Below, one piece after another: positions 59,934 to 64,000 of a stretch of 64,000 nt of DNA. The DNA comes from an uncultured Gemmatimonadales bacterium. GTDB taxonomy: Bacteria > Gemmatimonadota > Gemmatimonadetes > Gemmatimonadales > GWC2-71-9. The translations under genes were made by a program, and so were the position numbers. Position 1 is the first letter of the stretch. Every line of letters begins with the position of its first letter. A model generated the notes under the pieces. The model was not told where the DNA came from. It searched no databases and worked only from the letters and a program-made list of their open reading frames with translations. Location: contig CAWJIM010000023.1 of NCBI GenBank assembly GCA_963842945.1, positions 416,001 to 480,000 on the forward strand, given 5' to 3'.

Positions 59934-60416
59934 TCAGGCTAGCAGATCTCGCTGGGCTACAATAATCCCGTCGCCGTCTGCATAAAGAAACGAGCCAGGG
60001 AGAAATGCCACTCCAGCAAAGGTAAGCGGGGTTCCTCGGGTGCCGGTTCCCTGTTTGCCGCTCCGGAGCGGTACGCTGTTGAGGGCCCGTATTCCGACCG
60101 GGATTTGACTCAGCTCCGCCGAGTCCCGTACGCTGCCATTGATGACCAGTCCCGCCCAGCCGTTCGCGTAAGCCACGCCGGCAAGCCGTCCCCCCACGAG
60201 CGCGCAACGACGCGAGCCGCCACCGTCGATTACGAGGACTCGCCCCCCTCCAGCGGTCTCCAGGATCTGCCGAACGAGCGCATTGTCCTCAAATACGCTC
60301 AGGGTCTCGATCGGGCCGCTGAACTTCGCCAGGCCGCCATACTCCCGAAACTCCGGCTGGGCAACCTGCACCAGCTCAGGGTAGCCATCGCACAGATCAG
60401 CGGTGGTGAACTCCAC
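59934..60416 (-). CDS. rraA: RraA family protein (RNase E regulator / HMG aldolase-like)
   Basis: TADLCD, FEDNALVR, VLVIDGGGSRRCALVG, NGWAG..G.VRD, YADGDGII. Confidence 0.9.
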   Translation of the reverse strand: MEFTTADLCDGYPELVQVAQPEFREYGGLAKFSGPIETLSVFEDNALVRQILETAGGGRVLVIDGGGSRRCALVGGRLAGVAYANGWAGLVINGSVRDSAELSQIPVGIRALNSVPLRSGKQGTGTRGTPLTFAGVAFLPGSFLYADGDGIIVAQRDLLA

Positions 60417-62546
60417 TCAGCTCTTGCGAGAGCGCGACTCAGGCGCGTCGGTGAGGTTTCCCTTCATCCGCTCGACTTCGGAGCGCATCTCGCTCAAGTC
60501 CGCCTCCATCCGCTCGAGAGAGCGGAGCAGCTCCCGGCTTGCCTCCGGGGGAACAGGGGCAGGGATCGCTAGCGGCGGTTCCCGGCGGAGCGGCTCGGGT
60601 GGCGGTGATCCAGCCCGATGGCGACGACGGGGCTCTATGAGAAAGGTCCAGGCAAGGGCCAGGATGAGAAGAGCGACCAGGACCCCCTGCGCCAGCAGCG
60701 ACTCGACGGTGGGGTAGATACCCAGCGCAGGGAGCTCGGGGCGCACCAACGACGATGGTGGTCGAGATCAGCCCCCCTCCTGTAGCTCGGCCACAGCTTT
60801 CCCGGCAAAAACAAATGCCATGTAGTACAGGAATGCGCTGGTCACCCCGAAGAAGGGCTTCAACGGAAGCCGCAGGCCGAACCGGTTGATGGCCAGGTAA
60901 ACCACCGACCATGACCAGTGACCCGAGCAGGATGCCGGCCAGGATCGGCATGGTGGCGGCAGGTGAGCCGCCAGTCACGAACAGAGCCTTGTAGAAGAGC
61001 ACGGTCTCGAAGCCCTCGCGGTACACCGCCAGAAACGCCGCCGACGCGAGCGCCAGACCGGAGCCGCTCGTGAGCGCGTCCTGCACCTTGCTCTTCACGA
61101 AGTGGTTCCACTTGGCCACCTCCATTTTCGAGAGCAGCCAGTAGCTCACATAGAAGAGCACCACGGTAGCGAGGGCCATGGTCAGGCCCTCCAGCGCCTC
61201 TCGTTTGGCGGAGGTCAGGTGAAAGATGGTCTCCAGCGCAAACGCGGTGAGCAGGCTGGCCGCGGCCGCGGCACCGACTCCGATGTGAATGTCGCGCTTG
61301 CGATGGGCCGCTCCCATCTTGGCCAGAAAGGTCATCAGGGCGCCCACCAGCAGAATTGCCTCGAAGCCTTCCCGCAGCAGAATGACAAACGATTGTACGA
61401 ACAGGTTTACGTGCGGACGGCTGGTCGGCCAGTGTCCGCTCGGCGTTCTCCAGATCGGCGTCGAGCTGCCGGCGAATTCGGTCCAGCTCCGCGCCGGTGG
61501 CTCCTCCGGCCACTCGGGTACGCAGCGACGCAAATCCGGCCTCCAGGTCTGCGGCCAGCCCGGGATTCTTGGCTCGGACCGACCGCTCCACCTGCTCGAA
61601 CGTCATGTACGCGTCGAAGGCCCGTGTGCTCGCCGAGGTGTCACCGGTCCGAGCCAGGGCATAAACCGATTCAATCTGGGCTCGCACCTCGGTGAAAACC
61701 CGGGCATCGGCAGCGGCGGTGCGCATCCGCCCGAAATCGACGGACGGCTGCAACCCTGGCGAGACCGGTTGCTCCGTCATTCCGCTGCCCCAGAGCGGCG
61801 AGCAACTGGGTATCGGACATGCGGCCGGTACTTCCAAAGGACTGAAGCGCGGGGGGAACGCTCCCCGAGTCGTTGGGGCAGGCGAAGTACACTGGCATAG
61901 AGTGCAACGGCCCAGCGGTCCTCTGCCGACAACCGGGTCTCGAAGGCCGGCATGGCCGTCCCGACGACGCCGATGCTCACTCGGCGGTAATAATCCAGGG
62001 GCGATTGATCTCGGAGCGCGGCGCGCATCCGACGAGGTCGGCGGGTTTGGGATCCATCCCTTTTGCCAGTGGCCCATCGCCGCGGCCAAGGTCTCCGTGA
62101 CAGGAGGCGCAGTTGGTCCGGAAGACCTCGGCGCCCCGTGCCAGCGACGGCGCCTCAGGTGGAACCTGATCGAGTGGGACGCCGAGCGGGGCGAAGCGAG
62201 CTGTCAAGCCGGCTTACGCGGGCGTCCAGCGAATCCGGAGAGCCAGCAGACTCACGAGGGCTATCAGCGAATCGATACGGCTGATAGTGCGGGAGGCGGA
62301 ATTTGGCGGGCAAGCAGGGCCGCGGATCGCCGAGACTCCTGGAGGAACAGCCGAGCTTCGTCCACTTCGGCCTGAGACACGATCCGGCCGTTGACGATCC
62401 CAACTCGGTATTCCTGTGACGGCCAGTTGCGCCGTAGCCGCGACTCGGCGAACAGCAGGCGCCACGTCGGGCGTGGAATCGGGAGCTTGGAGTGGAGCGA
62501 CAAGGGTGGACGCAACCAAGGCGGCCGCGCTGAGAATCATTTTCAT
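60417..62546 (-). CDS. Cytochrome c-FTR1 family iron permease fusion (PbrT/EfeU-like), multiply frameshifted
   Basis: Signal peptide, CASCHG..GRGDG heme motif, MPAF, two REGFE motifs, LGIYPTVE, spread over several frames. Confidence 0.85.
62531..62545. promoter_or_regulatory. Fur-box-like operator overlapping the start of the FTR1 gene
   Basis: TGAGAAT-C-ATTTTCA 7-1-7 inverted repeat; TAGTTT -10 element upstream on the minus strand. Confidence 0.65.
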
Positions 62547-62606
62547 CCAGTTTGAAAACGCTGAATTAAACTAGAGTAAGAAGGTCGGAATTGAAAGTGA
62601 GCCGCC

Positions 62607-62994
62607 CTAGGGGGCCTCCACGATAGCAATGGCGCCGGCTGATAGGGCCGAATGGGTGAGCGAGATCTTGATCGCGAGTCCGCCGCTGCTCCTGAGAAAT
62701 GCGCGCGGCTAGCCCGTGAAGGCGAATGGCCGGACGTCCTTCAGCGTCCCGAGATACCTCGATCTCCCGCCAGCCGACGCCCCTCGCGCCGGGCAGGGAC
62801 TGCATGGCCTTGTACACGGCCTCCTTGGCCGCGATCCGAGCCGCCGCGTGTCCGGTCGCGTCGGGGCGACTCGCCAGATACTGGCGCTCATGCTCGGAGA
62901 AGAACCTGGCCATGGCCTGCTCGCCCTTGTCAGCGAAAAGGTCCCTGACCCGTTGAAGATCCACCAGGTCGATGCCGACTCCGACGAAGGTCAC
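62607..62994 (-). CDS. acpS: Holo-[acyl-carrier-protein] synthase, frameshift near the 3' end
   Basis: GVGIDLV, ARIAAKEAVYKA, WREIEV...GRP; ISLTH in the next frame. Confidence 0.9.
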
Positions 62995-63756
62995 AGGTAA
63001 TTCCACCACAGCTCGGCCAAACCCTGCAGCGGCCCGGGCACAGGCAGGTAGCCGCCCAACACCAATCCGAGATAGCCGAGCAGCAGCAGAAGCAGAGCCG
63101 TAGCCAGCCAGAGTGGCCAGGTCGGCCGCTTCCAGGTTCTCACTCGTTCGATGTCCTGCCTCCAGCGCTCCTGCTCTCTCCGGGCCGATTCGGACAGCGC
63201 CAGCCAGGCGGATTCGAGCCGACGCGCCGCCGTCGCGAGCGCGATTTGCCATTCCTCCTGTCCCAGACGCCCGCGAGCGCCCGACGCGGCGGCGGCCGGC
63301 ACGGTCTGCTCCAGTGCGTCGAGCGCGCTCACGAAGCCGGCGCCCCCACTGCCGAGGCGCGAGCCGATCGCCCGAATGTCCTCGGGGGTCAGCAACAATG
63401 GCTGCAGCCGCCGCTCGGGAAGCCGGGACTCGATGGCGGCCGCACGCATGCGAGCGTTCACCACGTCGGCCAGCCGCTGGGCGCAGGCGGCAACTGCGCG
63501 TCTCCCAGCGATCCAGCCAGCTAACCCGACTGAGCGAGGCTATGGCACCCTGGCGGTCGCCCGCCGCCATGAACGACCGGGCGGCCCCGGCCATGTCGAA
63601 AATTCCGCTGACCAGCCCCAGTCGAATGTCCTCGAGCACGACGCCGAGCGCCCCGGAGTAATCCGGGGTGGAAGGCGGGTCGCTCAGCCGGCCCAGCGAT
63701 GGGCCCAGCTCGGGCACGGTCCAGGTTTCAGTTGAGGCGGGAGGTTGGGTCACCAC
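62991..63756 (-). CDS. Hypothetical protein with C-terminal TM helix, frameshift at ~63495
   Basis: N-part of ORF 62566..63756 joins ORF 62991..63464; stop overlaps the acpS start (GTGA). Confidence 0.6.
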
Positions 63757-63768
63757 AGTGGCCTGGGC

Positions 63769-64000
63769 TCAGGCGAGGATGGAATGCAGCACGCTTTCGG
63801 TGTCGGCCAAATCCTCGAAAACCACGTGGGGTCCGCAGGCGTGCAGATCGGCTACGGAATAGTCTCCAGTGGCGACCGCAATGGCTCTGGCCTCGATGCA
63901 GTTGCCGCAAGCAATGTCGGCCGGGGTATCACCGATGATGACGACCGCCTCTCCTCGGGGCTCCCGCTCGAAGTAGCGCGCGGCCCGGCGGGCGGCAATG
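63769..64000 (-). CDS. HAD-family hydrolase, 5' part outside the window
   Basis: VVIIGDTPADIACG..ARAIAVATG motif IV; stop at 63769-63771. Confidence 0.85.
   Translation of the reverse strand, partial: IAARRAARYFEREPRGEAVVIIGDTPADIACGNCIEARAIAVATGDYSVADLHACGPHVVFEDLADTESVLHSILA

Noticed and set aside
62566..63756. 396-aa fusion of a hypothetical protein with AcpS
   Set aside because: Artefact of a frameshift at ~63495; the middle of the ORF is out-of-frame sequence and acpS has its own GTG at 62994

Overview
GC-rich bacterial chromosomal segment. Gene content and synteny suggest Gemmatimonadota (inference, not verified). About 63 CDS. Layout: (1) 1-12.2 kb, an accessory surface-polysaccharide cluster (two Wzx-type flippases, GT4s, two SAM methyltransferases, two NAD epimerases, a disrupted DUF2264 lipoprotein, a non-canonical AsnB-like ligase). 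(2) 12.2-19 kb, VanZ, an NtrY/NtrX-like sigma54 two-component pair, an Omp85-like barrel and DUF4390, converging on an HNH gene. (3) 19-32 kb, a PaaK/CapK-like ligase, argR, amidohydrolase, PBP1A, tyrS, DUF853 ATPase, PLP enzyme, peptide permease and a patatin-ferredoxin fusion. (4) 32-44.6 kb, LPS-type glycosyltransferases, MsbA-like ABC, a PorX-like REC-PglZ protein, GT9 and a truncated DnaB paralog. (5) 45-59.6 kb, a housekeeping superoperon (yebC-ruvCAB-queA-tgt-yajC-def-fmt-thiESG-rsmB-rpe-tsaD-lgt). (6) 59.9-64 kb, rraA, a cytochrome c-FTR1 iron permease with a Fur-like box, acpS and a HAD hydrolase. The best non-obvious signal is an unannotated, compact sigma54-promoter / multi-hairpin / terminator unit at 59.75-59.92 kb, a candidate novel sRNA. 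Other signals: a second sigma54-like promoter before the HNH gene, short-repeat palindromic elements (one inserted in frame in tgt), a 58-aa Zn-ribbon microprotein between ruvA and ruvB, and widespread leaderless promoters. Many small frameshifts, including in normally essential genes, most likely reflect long-read assembly errors. No rRNA, tRNA, CRISPR array, transposase or integrase was recognised. All calls come from reading motifs by eye; no database search was run.
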